This document shows, piece after piece, positions 13,800 through 28,445 of a DNA stretch of 64,000 nucleotides. This stretch comes from Marsupella aquatica (taxonomy: Eukaryota; Plantae; Marchantiophyta), in assembly GCA_973895155.1 (NCBI GenBank), contig OZ316897.1:17342058-17406057 (forward strand). Direction: 5' to 3'. The notes under the pieces are model-generated. The model did not search any database. It saw only the letters and a list, made by a program, of their open reading frames with translations, and was not told the DNA's origin. The position numbers were made by a program, and so were the translations under genes. Positions within the stretch are counted from its first letter, which is position 1. The number at the start of each line of letters is the position of its first letter.

Positions 13800-15559
13800 G
13801 TGGGAACCCTCCAAGTGAGAAAAGAGACAAAGGGAAGGAAGAAAGTGTGGGGGTCTCTTCTATGGAGTGGGGAAGGGAAAGTGTGTGGAAGCCCTGGAGT
13901 GAGGAAGGGAAAGTGCATGTGACAGCCCCTTTAATGGAGTGTCCTTTTATGGAGTGGCCCTTCTACGGAGTGCCCCTTCTACAGAGTGGGGAAGGGAAAG
14001 AGAGCAAAACCAGGTGAGGAGCACACAAACGGTGAAAGGGGAACACAAGTTTGGGAACCCCTTCCTTCTAAGGGCACTCCCACCATCACTACTCCAAGAT
14101 TGCCTAGTTTTGTCGTTTTATGGGCATTGAGGTTTCTCAAGATGTCTCTGTTTGATATAGACGTGAACTCAACCAGGGAACCCCAGTTTTGCACGGGGCT
14201 CATTGAGGGCTTCAAAATGAATCCAAACATGACCATGTTTGGAATAGTACTAGCGCAACAATGTCTGTTTTAAGTTTCAATGTTTTCTATATTTTGGTCA
14301 TTATTCCCGTTTTGCGCCTTATGTGGACCCTCCAGCCAACCCCCACCCATCCGAGATGCCCACACTTTGGCCTCCTTGTACCCCCTCAATGGCCCGCTCA
14401 ATGGCTCCATTGTTGCCCATCACCGCCCGACACCCTTCTCAACTTCGGCCTCCAATTGTCGCATCAATTTATTAGAACTAAAAAAATTTAAAATTTGAAA
14501 ATCCAAACACTTTTGCTACACCTACTTGTATTTCTATGTATATACGCAATTATAAATCATCATTAAGTTATTATCGTGTTTGGGGCCTTGTCACATGACA
14601 CTCTCACAAAGATGGATTCGATGACTGTGCACTAAATAGTTTTCCATTTCTTGAAAAGTGCAAGCCCCCTAAAATTTGCACTTATTAATAAATGACATCT
14701 CCATCAGTGAGCAGTCGTGTGACTCATTAATCCTTGCCCTAAATTTGGTGTCCAATTCCATTACTGCAGGTTTTCCTCTACTAAGAAAGGGTGTGCACTT
14801 AATGCAATCTCATTGGATTACGTGCTTACTCATAAATATCCAACCGTTCTTAGTTTGAGTACAAAATGCACTTAGAAAGGGTTTTGCACTTATAAAGGTA
14901 TCATGTAGCTAAATGATATCAGGCCTGTTTGCCCTTACAAAAAGGTGAAAAATAAAATGCAAACTTTGTGTAAAATGAGAAGGAAAAATATGGTGCTTTC
15001 TATTAAACCAAATTTGGCTCTCATGGAGTTTGCAATGAAAAATACATTATGCCAAGGTCTGTAGTCTGGTATGTACTGGCAAGGAAGATGGGAGGACGAG
15101 GGGGGGACTCCATTGAGGATTGGGGACCCTTCTATATGGAAAGTATCCCCTGGAGAATCAAAAAGGATTCTTTACATTACTTAGACATGACTTAGCTTTA
15201 TGGAGTGTTTGGTTATTTTTTTGTTCTAAACCCTGTTCTAAACTAGGTTTGTTTAAACTTTTTTCTGGCATGGAAAAATGCAAATTCAAATGACTACACT
15301 TTATTATAGTTCTTTATCTTGCATGGTCACCATTGGAAGCGCCCAAGCTTTTTCCCGGCCGAAGTGTTCTACAGTAGTGGCTCTATTTTTCGCAGTGTAA
15401 AGTGGCTTTGGTGAGACGAGAGGTATCAGATTATTTGTTTTTATCTTCTCTCCACTCAATATTCTTCCGGTTACTTTATTTGTTTTGTCCAGTTAAATCA
15501 GCAGTGGTCACTACATATATATCCAAGGGAACTGTCCAAAATTCGTGCCTCTGTCACCT

Positions 15560-17350
15560 TCTACCTGGGTCATTTCCTAAGATGCTCCTAGTCCTTGATT
15601 TTAGGAGCACCAACTTATAATAGACTCGGGGTATATTTGGAATACCCGAGGAGTCCGCTTTTTCTTGCCTAGCCCGGCCCAGGATCGCGAAACTATCTTG
15701 TAGTTTTGTCTAGCTCAAGTGCTCAACCCACAACTCCACAATCAATGAGATCTACACTGGATGGTCCTACCATCGCCATACTGTCCAATAAGCATAAAAG
15801 GAATCAAGTTGCCTACTAGCACTTTGACTTGTGCACACAAGACTTCTAGCAGCTAGCAATCATCCTTCGGGCAAGTTCACCAAGCACACGGATTATTAGC
15901 TCGGCCGGATTTCTCTTCGAGTCAATCAAGAGAGAATAGTCGTCCACATGTCTGATAATTTTATACCTTTTGCTCGTCAAGGTCTGGAAATACCGGTAAT
16001 TGGGTAAAAGTCTACGTTACACACGAGCCTGTCAGCGTATCATTCCAAAGTACTTATCACTCTTTCATGAGGTCCTTGCCGTGCTCTAATCATTAATGGC
16101 TTCTCAGAAGATGAGCGCATCCAACCTCCTGGTCTGATTCTGTTGGCCTGCACACCTGCAGAGTACTTGAGTTGGGTTAGTAGACGTCGGTCCGTGCGAT
16201 TCCACATCATCAATTGACAGTAAGCTGACCATGTTTGTAAGCACGCTCTGTCTGCGAGTTTGAAGTCTGCGAACTTCCGAAAGAAATTTCGAGAGAGGCT
16301 CCAGAGAAACACGGATCGACGGAGCCGGGAACCCCCTAGTTGGCGTTTATGGCCTGGCGAAGAGTTTGACACACGATTTGCTTCGAAGACCACGACTTAT
16401 TTTCGCAAGGATTCGATACAACTGCATGCCTCGTAGTTGTGGTAGACTACTGGGGTAGACGTCTTCAAGGCTCCCACCGGGCCAAGATTCCGGGACATCT
16501 GCAATCACAACAACCTTGGTGCTGGACGTGTCAGGAGTTTTCGCAAGGTGCCACGCAAACGAGATCAAGGAGAATTGTGCAGGGATCAGCGAGCGAGTAG
16601 AAGATCATGGCCGATGAGGGCAATACTACCGTGCGAACCGCCGTAACGCAAAGTAAAGATCAGAGCCGAGCTGCAGCTGCTGTAAGTTTCTTCAAACTTG
16701 CAATGACAGCAATGTATGCAATCACAGCAATGCATAAGGTTGTGAGAAGAAACTGGTTTAGTTTTCTCATTCTCAACTGGCTGACGGCAGGAGAAAATCG
16801 TGATCGTTATCACGTTTTCTGGCATTCTTATAGCAAAACACAACCTTTGATTTAGCCGGAATGAAATGTTTCCTTTGTAGAGGGTCACGACGGACAGACG
16901 TCGCATGATCGATTGTTCAAGGTTATGCATAATCCGTCTCCCTTTTGTAAGTTTTAGGTGCATCACAGATCGACCCGTCATCCAATTCTGAAGATGTGAT
17001 CTATTGTAGTTTACTTTCCTATAGTACTGGTACTAAGATCTTCTCTCATATGTCGGTCCGTCTCCCAGAGAGCTTATGATTTTCAGCAAGGTGGAAGTTT
17101 CGGAGCCGCAATACCTGCCGAGTGTACATGCGAAAACTAAGTGTCATACTGATATGCGTTGTATTTAGTCACAGTCGATCTGTCACTGTAATTGTTTTGT
17201 GGTCCAATTTGAGCTGGAATACAAGCTACATCGAAATCTTCCCAATCGCTCTTGACCTTTACTAGAGCGGGTAGACAGTGTAGTAAGTAGGGATGCACGA
17301 ACCAGCTTAGACTCCAACACTTCTTGACATCCTGGTGCACGACCTCAATT
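15560..17350 (-). pseudogene. Degenerate coding remnant, family unidentified
   Basis: Chain of overlapping minus-strand ORFs (17137-17340, 16586-16981, 16347-16568, 16040-16393) in a relatively GC-rich stretch. No diagnostic motif. Confidence 0.3.
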
Positions 17351-19019
17351 TTGTGACCGAGGCGCTCACAGGAAAGTCTAAGGGAATGTTTATAGTACTG
17401 CCTCTACATGACAGGATCAACGCGCACATAATTGGTTCATGCTGTCACATGATTTGGTTCAGCGCAGTCATCTAATTTGTTCATTCTTTCAAAAGATTAA
17501 GTCTGGCGGCCAAATCCGTCCTGTCTCAGGAGCAAGCTATCTTAGCGAGAACGATCTAATTTCTATGTGATTGAACATCTCAGCAGGTGCAGCAGGTGAT
17601 CACAAATGAATCCACAACAAAAGCGACGAGGTCAAAACGTTATTCTATCCATCACCTGTCAGGTACTTCGCCCGTGCAACTCAAGAGGAATTATGAAAAA
17701 CTTTGTTTTATTTAAATATGGACATCGTCGCAGACATTCTCTAGTGTTGGCTAGAGGAATTTGTATCCTAGCATTCAAAAGGTCAGTTATGTTCTCTACA
17801 TAATTCTACCATTGAAGTAGACTGGCACTTTTCTCGATGTTCGACCCAAGTCCCTCGAACGATTCGATAGCAGGTGAGAGATTAAATATGATACAATCTC
17901 ATATCTTATTATAAAGGCTAAAAATTAACTAGAGTTGGGGTGTAGACAACTACTAAGAATAGTGAAACTACGTGAATAAAAAACATCAATAAATACAAAA
18001 CTAAAAATGAATACCAATAAAATATCCAAAGGGGTCTGGAATTTTAGAGTGAAACTTCATTGAAAACTTCTAGAGTTTCTAGAGTGAAACTTCTAGAGTA
18101 CCTCTACCTCTAAGGAACTTCAACTCTAAATAAAGACAGAACTACTAAGGATCAAAGTGAAAACAAAACGCTAATAAAGACAAAACTGAAATGAATACGA
18201 AAAACCCAGATGGGGCAAAGAGAAAGGGGACAATGGACATAGATTCTTCCGCAAGTCTTTTTTTCTGGTTTGTCTTTATCTCTATTAATTCAAGGCAAGA
18301 CATTCAGGCGTGTAACTCCAAATTATGGTAATGATTGTGAAGATAAAAAAAATCAACTACGGGACACAGGTAAACCAACGAGTTCCCGAATGAAACATGG
18401 GGAGGAGCCAAGTCCTACCAACGTACAATTAATGAATTCGCCAAACAGTAGCTGTGAGCCTGTGAGCTTTCTACAGTGAGTCAGAATATGTTGACAATTT
18501 ACAGAATCAGTGACGATCATTGTCACCGGAGCCATATCAGTCCCCTTTACGTGCAGCTTTACGTAAAAAAGTCTACAGTTGCCCCCATTGTTTACTGGAA
18601 CTCAGGAGATTTAATCACTGTTTCTTAATTTGAATTGTGGACGTGGCATAGGCCAACACCCACACCGACTGGATCGGAAGGAACGTGTCTGAACCTTGTT
18701 GGGCGATTCCCCCTAATAATATAATGCCAGTCGGAATTTAATGGTATTCTCAATAACTAATTGCTGAAACTTGCCTAAAATGTTGTCTCGTCGGCAGAAA
18801 TGCGGGTACTAGTATAGGATAATGTAACTGAAGCCTAACAAATTACCATGTCGATTACACTCTCACCCGAGGCAACCATACTTCAATGACCAAGACTCAG
18901 AACCCCTCAAAGTTGAATTGGTGAATTAATGGAGGATTTCAAATTTAGTAAAAACTAGAAATGGGGAGAGATAAGGCTACTTTCTATGAGATTGTCATTT
19001 TAGTAGACAAGTGCGGTAT

Positions 19020-19600
19020 CTAGAGTTCTAGATGCCTTGATGGCGTGTCTTGGATGTGGATGTCCGTACTTGGAGGTCAAACGCCAACAGAATCATCTTT
19101 GTTCCAAATTTGGATCAGTTAAGCTTAATTAAACATGATTTGAGTATCACTTCGGAATCTGTTCAAGTCGCAATCTGTTCAAGTCTGGCGGTTAGTGTCG
19201 ACAGGAAATTAACAATCTAGGAGATGGATGAGTGGATGACCTAGGCCCAGGCGGTAACGTACATGAACAGCTGACTGAGCTGGAGGTTTTGGATCTTCCT
19301 TACGCCACTTACTGTGAATCTTTAGAGAATCATGGGGAATTGCGAGGAGAACCTGGAGAACCAGTGTTCCCGGCAACTTCCTGTTAGACTATTCACGTGG
19401 CTGGAAGGGATTTGATTATTGTTGTCTATTGACTACGTGGCTGCAGCAATAGACAGGGATATGATGGAATTTTTCCCAGGAGGAGCAGGGCGTTACGACG
19501 ACGAAAAGGGTCTGGGAGGATGTCGAATACAGTGACTTCAATCTCCTGTGCTTTTCTTGCGGACGAAGCTGATAGTGATGGTGTTTTTGCCTAGATAGAC
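19020..19600 (+). pseudogene. LRR-like (F-box/LRR or NLR-type) remnant
   Basis: Fragments DALMACLGCGCPYLEV and EQLTELEVLDLP fit the LxxLxxLxL pattern; heavily disrupted. Confidence 0.35.
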
Positions 19601-22229
19601 ATTTTCATACAACAATCAAAATGGCAGTATACAGCAGGCAGCCCACAGAGGGTTTTGGCACTTCGACCTTTCGCCCCCCTAGTGATATCTAGTTTCCGAG
19701 TAATTTACCAGGGAGGCACAGTAGAAGAGTACTCTGAACTCCATATTAAACAGCTCGCATCGGAATGTGTGCGCTGAAGTAAGTAGGCTCGGGTGTATGC
19801 TGTTTCGCTGAATGAAAATTATTTGAAGGCAAAAAAAGTAGGCTTCGTTCTTGACGTTTACTCTGTATGTCATCGCATCCTTGCCACCTGTGAAAAAGGA
19901 GAATCCATACATTTCGGAGAACTATACAAGATTGTATTCAATTTGCCATTGCTATGAATGGCAATGTATGATTTGGTCGCGGCAATATGCCCGCGGTTGG
20001 TAAATGTAGGCTCGAGCGCTACAACTAGTGAAATGGCTCCGGGACAACATTATCGATGTCGAGAATGTGTAATTTCGATCCCCTTTGTCGATCAGGTTGT
20101 TACGTCTCACAGTCCGCGCCAAGATTCTGTGAGACTGTGCAACGGGTTATCCAACTCTGAATTTTCGGGTGTTGGTAGGTATAATGGTCACGACGGCGTA
20201 TCTAACTCAGATTCACAACAAAAAATGACCCGGAAAAAGGACAGGAAAAAAAAAACTCACTATTTCTGAAGGACCACGAAGTACCTGCAAATCATCAGCC
20301 ATTCAAATTAGTTGCGCAAACGATCCGTGGTTTCGCACGAAGTGGAGCTCCAATCGATTAGACCTGTTCTAAATTGATGACGCCCGGGCGCGAAGTTAAA
20401 ACGACTATAGTCATCAGATAACGACGAGAGTGTACACGAAAGGGTCAAACACTAGAGGGTGAAGTGCAAGAAACCAGATGTTGGTGGTGTACTGGTGTCT
20501 GTCCAGGTATCTTGAGCATCATCAATGTGGGTTTGTCCCCGCGTTTGTCTTTGATGTGCCAGCTTTTTCTCAGTCAGTGGCGAAAATTGGCTACATGACA
20601 CTTCGTATTTTCATGATGGATTAGTTTACCACCTTGCGACAGACCCCACTAACAGAAGTCTAGTGATCCACATTAAATCTAAGGAGATTGTGAGGTAGCA
20701 AAATTGAAATCGAAACGTTCTTCTTAAAATATACCTAGATCTAGAGAAAATAAAACTAATGTAGTAAAACTAGATGATGAATAGTCCTAGCATTCGCTTT
20801 GACACAAGGTCACATTGACCACCCTCGCTAGAACGAAAAAGCCTTAAAAAAAAGCTTCTGTGTGCGATTGAAGGAGGCAGAAGCATACTGGACACATGAA
20901 TTATTTCGTTCGATCATTGCAATTGCAGGGAACGAATCCACTGACGTAAGCATGAATCCGGCTGTCTTTCCTGAACTAAAGCCAGCGGTCATTTTGTGAA
21001 ATCTCGCACCGCGGCCAACAGTTCCTCCATAATTGCGCAAACCTTGAAAGCCATTAAATCCATTCATGTTGAGTACAGTTATATATCGGGCGAATGGAAC
21101 CCGCCATGACAAAATTACAAATCCACTTGAGTTCACGGAATTCACATACGGGTGCAGTCGGGACGGCAAAAGTACTATTGGCAAAAGTCCTATTCATTAA
21201 GGTTTCAAGAGCATGCCTACCTAGTCCCAAAACCGTTGAAAATACTTAGAGGTGGCTAATTAATTATTAAATCTTCAAAACCTTTGTTGTATGTGCTTTC
21301 GAAAATTCCTTCTCGTCTCAAATAATCAAACCTTGAGTGAAACCTTATATCACCAGGTTAAAGGTTATATCACCTGGCTCGTTAATTAGGATACGAGCCT
21401 GAGAGTATAATCAAATAGAATCTATTTGTAGCCTGCCAAGAGGGCAGGAGTGGTCTGTTCTGAGGTTTGTTTATAAATTTCAAAGAGACATGGATGATTC
21501 CTTATACCATGCACCAATCAAATTGTGTATCGGATGTCTGATCCTACCTTGCATTTTGATTATTACCTGACTTTGTGCAAACTAGGGAGAAAGTGAAAAT
21601 TTCCAAGGTTTTAACTAGGGGGAAAAACTCCAACTTTGGAACCATTTTCACTAGTATGCGAACACTAAAGTGGGACACATCTCAGGGGGCTCTGTGCAGT
21701 TTTTGTGAAAATGAAATCGAGAGGGACAAATGCAACTTGTGTAAGAGGCACAATCCCATAGTCACTGATAGGGAATATATCCACTTCAAATGTAAGAATT
21801 TAACAAAATGGAAAAATTATGGGGATGAGAACTAATGAGGAAAGTTAGTTTTCTGGTAGTTGATTTATTTTCATGGACACTGAATGGGACAGCTGCATAT
21901 ATAAGAAGGACACATCTTATTGGCAATTACTTCGAATCAGGTAGTACTTACCTGAGTGTGCATCAATTAAAACACTTGGTTTTGCCCACGGATTGACAGC
22001 TATACATCGATTAAAAAATTTGGTTTTGCCCACAGATTCAAAGCTATATATATAAGACAATAAGGTCCCACCACTTTTCATAGTGGACATCTTACGAAAT
22101 ATAGCATTTTCTATGACGAAAGATATCAAAAAGCTAGCAAAGCTAGAAGGAGTAATGAAAAACAAGCCACTGCAAAAAGTACAGTGGAGCTCTTCAGCCT
22201 TGATCCTCCACTTGATCCTCCTCATGAGT

Positions 22230-22942
22230 GTACTAGCTTAATTGTAAGTACAATCCCTCGGTCCCCTTGATACAGCTCCTCCTAGCTTGTAGTCGCAATT
22301 CTCAATCCTTCTGTCCTGGTGGCTTTTTAAAGATCCCTTTCACGGCTGGAGGTGTTCTGCTTGCTCTTTTTCTAGCCCGGACACTCTGCATTACATGTCC
22401 ACCATAACTCAGTACAATTAAAACCGAGCCTGTCCATAAGATCCAACTCTTTATCCAATTCAAAAGACTTGGGACCGGAATCCACTGCCCCCGAAGAAGT
22501 CCCATCAGTTAATTTGAAGCAAGCTAGTATCAAAGTTATAGTTCCATCTGTTTCTGGCAACGTCGATCACCCAGTCTAGCCTCGGTTCAAGTCATTATTG
22601 CTAAAAGAAAGTCAATCATAGAGATATAACCAAATAAGATAAGGAAAGAGGAAATTTAAAGTAGACTGTCCCTAACAAAGACAATTGACACTATCCTGAG
22701 CCACCCTGCTAGGAAAGGTCAGAGTTGTAGAGAAAAATGTTTACCGAAGATTGCTCTGCACAATCTGTAGACGGTCGCGAACGAGTCAGCTTCTTTGCTA
22801 GGAACTGACGAGTAGGCTTTAGATCGAAGTTCTCCAATTCATCCGTAGGGCTGAATTTCAGAACTTGCTCAATCTCAAGTGAGTCAAGGATGTTCTGCAT
22901 TAAATCCTCCTCACCTTTGGGCATGTTCCTTGACGGCTTCAT
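22230..22942 (-). pseudogene. NAC-domain-like pseudogene, copy 2
   Basis: LKFSPTDE..QFLAKK (subdomain A-like); VNIFLYNSDLS (B-like); L*KATR (YWKATG-like) and YTHEE (WIMHEY-like) in the downstream exon; several stops. Confidence 0.5.
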
Positions 22943-24698
22943 TTTTTGTCTTGGCCGCGGGCAACGGGGCCGCTAAAAGGAACTTACCCCACTCAGATAT
23001 CGATCTCTTTCACCAAGGCAAACGAATTCCCTTAACTTCTTGGCTGCTAGTTCACCCCATATATAACAGCTTTGGAAGTTCCGTGCAGACCAAACTGTTC
23101 CTATGAAAATTGCGGAAGCACAGCACTTTTGAACAACCCTGTGCAGTAGTTTAGCAACTCAGATCTGCAAGATGCAATGAAGCTACAAAGCCAAGAATAT
23201 CAGATGCTTAGGTGACAGGAAATAGAAAAGGATGGGAACAGGACCCACACGATCTTCAGGCCCCTCTTTGCAGAGTTTCCGGAAAGCTACACAACATACT
23301 GACCATGTTCTGGTAGAGAAGGAACATATATACTCGATCAGAAGGGAGGGAGGAAGGGTTGAGAAGTGGAAGTGGAGGGTCCTACTGACTAATGAATGCC
23401 TTCATCTTATCTGCGCTGGCAACCAAGGTTTTAGCCCAAGTGTACTAGCTTGAAGAGTGACTCGGGGTGCGTAGATCGATGGGGATGAGCGGAACCTGAC
23501 TAGTGACCCAGTATGGGTATATGGATTGAATTGAGCTAGGATACTGGAAGGTTTTACAGATTAAGGGTGTCCTTAAAGACTTAGCTAGCAAGACATGACC
23601 ACACAGGACGCGCGTCCTTCAATTGAAGCCCACTAGTACATGAGACGTTCTCCCAGTACTTCTCTCCTGCTAGCTGGTCTATGCAGCACTGACTACAGAC
23701 AGTAAGCTAGTGCCTAATCTAATGCCTCTCCTGCGGGAAGAAAACGCAAGCATGACATCCTATGATCTAGCTTTTGACCTGCAGTCTCTGTAGTTGATCG
23801 TCAGTACGTGCCCTTCTGTCTTGCGTCGTCAAACAAGCCGCCTTCCCCAGGCCACTTAAATCAATTAATTCTAAATGGCCCTAAGTGGAGAATTAATTGA
23901 GAAGGGAAGAGGAGTCCAACTGCCTAGGGAAGATTGAATGCATGTATCAATGTCACCAAGTACGTTGGAAAGAATGCTATTAATTAATCATGGGTCTCTG
24001 ACCAGTGATTAGCTCAACGGGTACGTGTAAACGGTGAGTGGGGCAATGATAGCAGAAAGCCCGGCAGCGGAAATAGCTCCTTTATAATCTGCATTACTAG
24101 TCTGCAGACGAAACAAACATAGGATCAAGCGATCTCTTTTGATTGCTTGTTATTTCTATGCAGCATAGACTATATAGTCACGGACAGGCTAGGAGGGTGA
24201 AAATAGTTAGATGGATCGACTCAGATATCGATCACCTAGCTACCTTTGCTAAGTGAAGTGAGTACGTTCTTCGTACCCAAAGTCATCGAAGTTCCCCAAC
24301 AATCTGCATCTTCATCCAATAATACGGAAACATTTCTATCCGCATTATTGCATATGTACCATATCTAACTTACGGCAAGAATTAAATATTTTATGGATTT
24401 AGCATAAGTTTCACTCTGATCATGTCATTGGTTCATAGTTCTATGACAATATGAAAGTAGAAAATCTTCCTATTTAGACGAAGTTGGACCAACCCATGAT
24501 CATTAACCTATCCTATATTATTAGTGTCATGAGTATGTGAGCTGAACAAATAAATGAGGGAACCTGCTATGATGCTATGATTCAAGGACAAACTCACAAT
24601 ATTTTAGGAGAAAGAGATACAAAAAAGATATGTCTATTGTACAGTTAGTTCCTTGAAACAAATGTATTGTAAGGTAATAAGACAAAAATTATCAAGTC

Positions 24699-25164
24699 AC
24701 GGGGTACGCAACTCTGTATAATATGCAGGGGTCTACATTTTTATATGAACTAAAAAGTTGGCTATAAGAAAAATTTGAAGAAACTTGGGTTTTACACTTT
24801 TAAAAAGTTTTAAGTCAATAGAAAGGTTTGGTTTTCTTATTTTTCACATAAAATTAAAAAATTTCCTAAACTTAGTGTAATTTTTATTAAAAGATTTTTA
24901 AAATTTTAATAAAAATCCCCAAAAGCTGGCTAGTTTGGCTGTAGACCCATGTATTAAAAAAAAGCCATATAATTTGGTTTTGATCAAAATTTTCCATATC
25001 AAAAAAAGTCCAATTTTTTTTTAAAGTTACATCTTTGGATTCCTTGAGTTGAGAGGTACAAGATTTTAGTAGGCTAAAATGAAACTTCACATGGTCAATT
25101 GGATATAAAATCATTATAAGGAATGAAAAACCTGCCTTATAAAAAGCGGAGTTGCATACCCAAG
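24699..25164. mobile_element. hAT-type MITE family A, copy 2 (reverse orientation)
   Basis: TIRs acggggtacgcaact / agttgcatacccaag; TSD atcaagt(c/t). Paralogous empty site ttcaagtcccc at ~35426. Confidence 0.85.
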
Positions 25165-25171
25165 ATCAAGT

Positions 25172-25515
25172 TGTTGAACATAGACGACATTCGTAACGGC
25201 AAACCCATGAACCATCCAACGCACAATAGTCGACACAGAGAGATACGTGATTCACCTCCACATGAGACTACGTCCACGGGAACACACAAGAGCTTTACTG
25301 CACTCTAGGCCGACCGGCCATACCAAGCATCCACAGCACAAGCTCTCCCTATCTCTCAACTAGCTCCGTAACAATGAGCCTAAGTTCCTCTAGGGTCTGG
25401 CATCAGCCCTGGCTATATACACAACAGCACTACCGCTAACATTAGCTAAGTCCTAATCCGAGTTAGACTAACTGTGGTTAGCTCATGAGTCACAAGACTA
25501 GAGCAATATCTAACA
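25172..25515 (-). mobile_element. Copia solo LTR
   Basis: TGTTG...TAACA termini; perfect 5-bp TSD caagt (25167-25171, 25516-25520); close match to the LTR at 36387-36731. Confidence 0.93.
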
Positions 25516-26585
25516 CAAGTTCCCTAGTAAGAAATCCATCAACTTCATCCTACCTTATGTGTCAGTGACATTTACAACTACACCCTACCTTATGTGTGGC
25601 ATTCACCTAGTTTGATGTTGGTGGTGTTCTTAAATCCTGCTAATAAAAGAGACAATCCTAGAAATTTTATATTTTCCCCTTGTAACAAGTTTAATTTGCT
25701 AATGAAATCTCTAGCTTGTGTTCATATGGGAGCTTCTAGACCTGGTTGTAGACTTATCTAGAAACACTAGAACTAGCCATAATCTTTAACCATAGCTCCA
25801 TTCTTGGGCTATAAATTAATTAGTATGAGTGAGTCCTAAGTAAATGGGTAATGATGCCAATTGCAACTTCTAAAGCAACAGCAAAATAAGTGTTTGCTTC
25901 TACTGCTACCAAGGAGGCTGTGCCATAAAAGGGATGGAGCTGAAGCTAGCAGGAGACTCCCACACCACTAAACACTGGACAATCAGCTAGAGTGTAATCA
26001 AACTGATAAAAAAATCAGAATTTCATGGCCTCAACAACCATATACTTAGACCATTCAATCCACTGTCTTTGTCCATGATATACAACTAAATAGGAAAAAA
26101 CATTTTTGCTATATTTACATGCATTGACCAGCAGTTTGGAGATCCAGATATATTTTCACAAAGGCTATTCATTTTGAACGTACAGTTTGGCAAAATGCAA
26201 ACTTCCACAGGGGTAATTAGTTAAGAGACATTTTACTTCCCATGGGAGTATTAAAAGGCTGGGAGTATTGAAAGTCAACTCACTATCATGCACATTACAA
26301 GTTGTAATTGATCTGATCAGATGTGGAAGCTGATCTAATCAATAAGTATAATATTTCACATAGATGTGTCCTGGTCTTAGATTTAACATACTAGATTTGA
26401 TATGATTTAAAAGCATCTAATATATCATGTTAATAACTTTGTTGCCATTCAGACACGAATTCAGATCCAACAGAAGTATATCGAGTATAGAAATAAGTAG
26501 ACAAATGGCAATATAAAAGTATATATGCCATGTGTACTCTTCTCATTTTGTTTTTGCTTACAATGTTGTAAATATATATTCCAAC

Positions 26586-27005
26586 CCCGGATATGCAACT
26601 ACGCTTTTTATAAGGCAAGTTTTCTTTATAATGACCTTATGTACAATTGACTATGTTAGATTTTATTTTAGTCTACTAAACTCTTGTACCTCTCAACTCA
26701 AAAATCATGCCCCTAATGTAACTTTAAAAAGAAAACAATAACATATTTTGATGTAAACAAACTTGATCAAAGCCAAATGTTTTATGATTCTTTAATACAG
26801 GGGTCTACAACCAAATTAGCCAGCATTTTAGAATTTTAGAATTTTATGTGAAAAAGGAAGAAAACCAAACCTTTTATGTGACCCTGAATATTTCTAAAAG
26901 TAGAAAACCTAAGTTTTTCAAATATTTAATTTTTTATATAGCCAGATTTTTAGTACATATGAAAATATAGACCAAGGCTTATTATAAAAAAGTTACATAC
27001 CCTGG
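26586..27005. mobile_element. hAT-type MITE family A, copy 3
   Basis: TIRs cccggatatgcaact / agttacataccctgg; perfect 8-bp TSD attccaac (26578-26585, 27006-27013). Confidence 0.9.
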
Positions 27006-27153
27006 ATTCCAACAGAGCCAGGTTGGACCAACCAAGCCACCTACATATAAAAAAAATACTATTACTTGTCAAAAACACCTTGGAAGAGAGGGAGATCAAG
27101 ATGGACTCACCAAGCCGGGGACCAAGGAGCCTTAGCACAAAAGCAGGGTGTAG

Positions 27154-27576
27154 GTCATGTTGTACAGACCAAGCGAGCTAGACAGTAGCACCCTAAGACT
27201 ACGGCTAGTCAGAATGGGGGGAGGTACCTAGGGAGGAAGGTGGGGAAGGGGGGAGGGAGGGGGGAGGAAGGATGGGAGGGACCTCACAAGCCGCCCTAGC
27301 CACCACAGGCAGGAAGAAAGACTGAGCCTGCACCAACCAAGCCGGCATGCCCCAAAGCACTCTCACACCAAGCCGGCAAGGCACGGAGGTTAGCTCCACT
27401 ATATAAAGAGAAAGCAAGCCAAGGGACAAGAGAAAAGGCACTTGTAGGTTCAGCTCGAATACTTGAACAATTGCGACACAGAAGTGTTCGTTCACAGTAT
27501 CTTTAGAGAGGCAGGCTAGGGTTCTTCTAGATCCCTCGTCTTATCATTTTTGTTGTAAAATGGGTCTTATATGGCA
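27154..27576 (+). mobile_element. Probable solo LTR of an unrelated family
   Basis: (t)gtcat...atggca termini with tgtag on both flanks; internal TATA-like ctatataaag and a G-rich tract. Confidence 0.45.
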
Positions 27577-28069
27577 TGTAGCTTGTGGAGCTATCTAGCT
27601 TAGAGAACAAGATCGGAGCATCCCCTACCCGAGTGACCTAGATAGTCGTCCCTTCTTCCAGTCAAAGTAACTCAGAACATACACTTGCTATGCAGCGGCT
27701 AAGTATATGGCCTCTAATGAACCTCTCCATAGGTTCTTTCAAAGTAGCGGGAAACCTCCAGAAACGCTTCAGCTATGACTACTACAAAGAAATGTGGATT
27801 TCAGGATGCATGTATTGATGTGTGGATTTCAGGATGTAGTGATGTGTTGCAGAGTGCAGTTCCCTTGTGGAGATATTTTATCTGTCATTCTATTTCTAGG
27901 GGTTTCTGATCGCGCGATTGAGAATTCACTTTTGCCCAAATTTTGTTTTTTAGGTTGTCTTGGTAGACAAGATCGAGGAGATATATGCAAGATTGGTCGT
28001 GCACAGTGCTTCAGAGAGGTAACATTCTTCTATCGATTCTGCCTTTTTCTTAGCATTAATTTCACTTGT

Positions 28070-28445
28070 TCAGGTGTCTAATATTGAGTTGTTTGAAGCC
28101 AGCTCAGAGCAGTCGAGTCGTAGCATCCCGACCCAGTGAGCTCCGTGATCCACTGCATCCATCAATCTCACAAGGATCTTGTCAAAATTAACAGAGTTAG
28201 AAAAGTTAACACCCGATGATTTGCTTTGCTGCTGTGTGGCCCCTAGACACCCTTCCATAAGTTATATATTCAATGAAGTCGTGGTGACCTCCAAATGGTA
28301 TAGACGGTGCTCCATGACCTTGAATATTTTGCGGGAAGTCTCGAAAGGCTGCAGCATGACTCCGGCCTGCACAAAAGAGATGGATGCACATAGTGATCTA
28401 ATGCATAACTTTGAGGACTCAGATAGAAGCATGCGCGCCATGTAG
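28070..28445 (+). pseudogene. LRR-like remnant with a second partial copy near 29880-30000
   Basis: LSKLTELEKL pattern; atagacggtgctccat...tgcacaaaa shared with ~29908-29982. Confidence 0.3.

Larger units (their letters stand above)
20955..26480. repeat. Local segmental duplication, unit A
   Basis: Collinear, high similarity to 31735-36365 from tgaact(a/g)aagccagcggtcattttgtgaaa to gaattcagatccaacaga, apart from copy-specific insertions and deletions. Confidence 0.92.
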
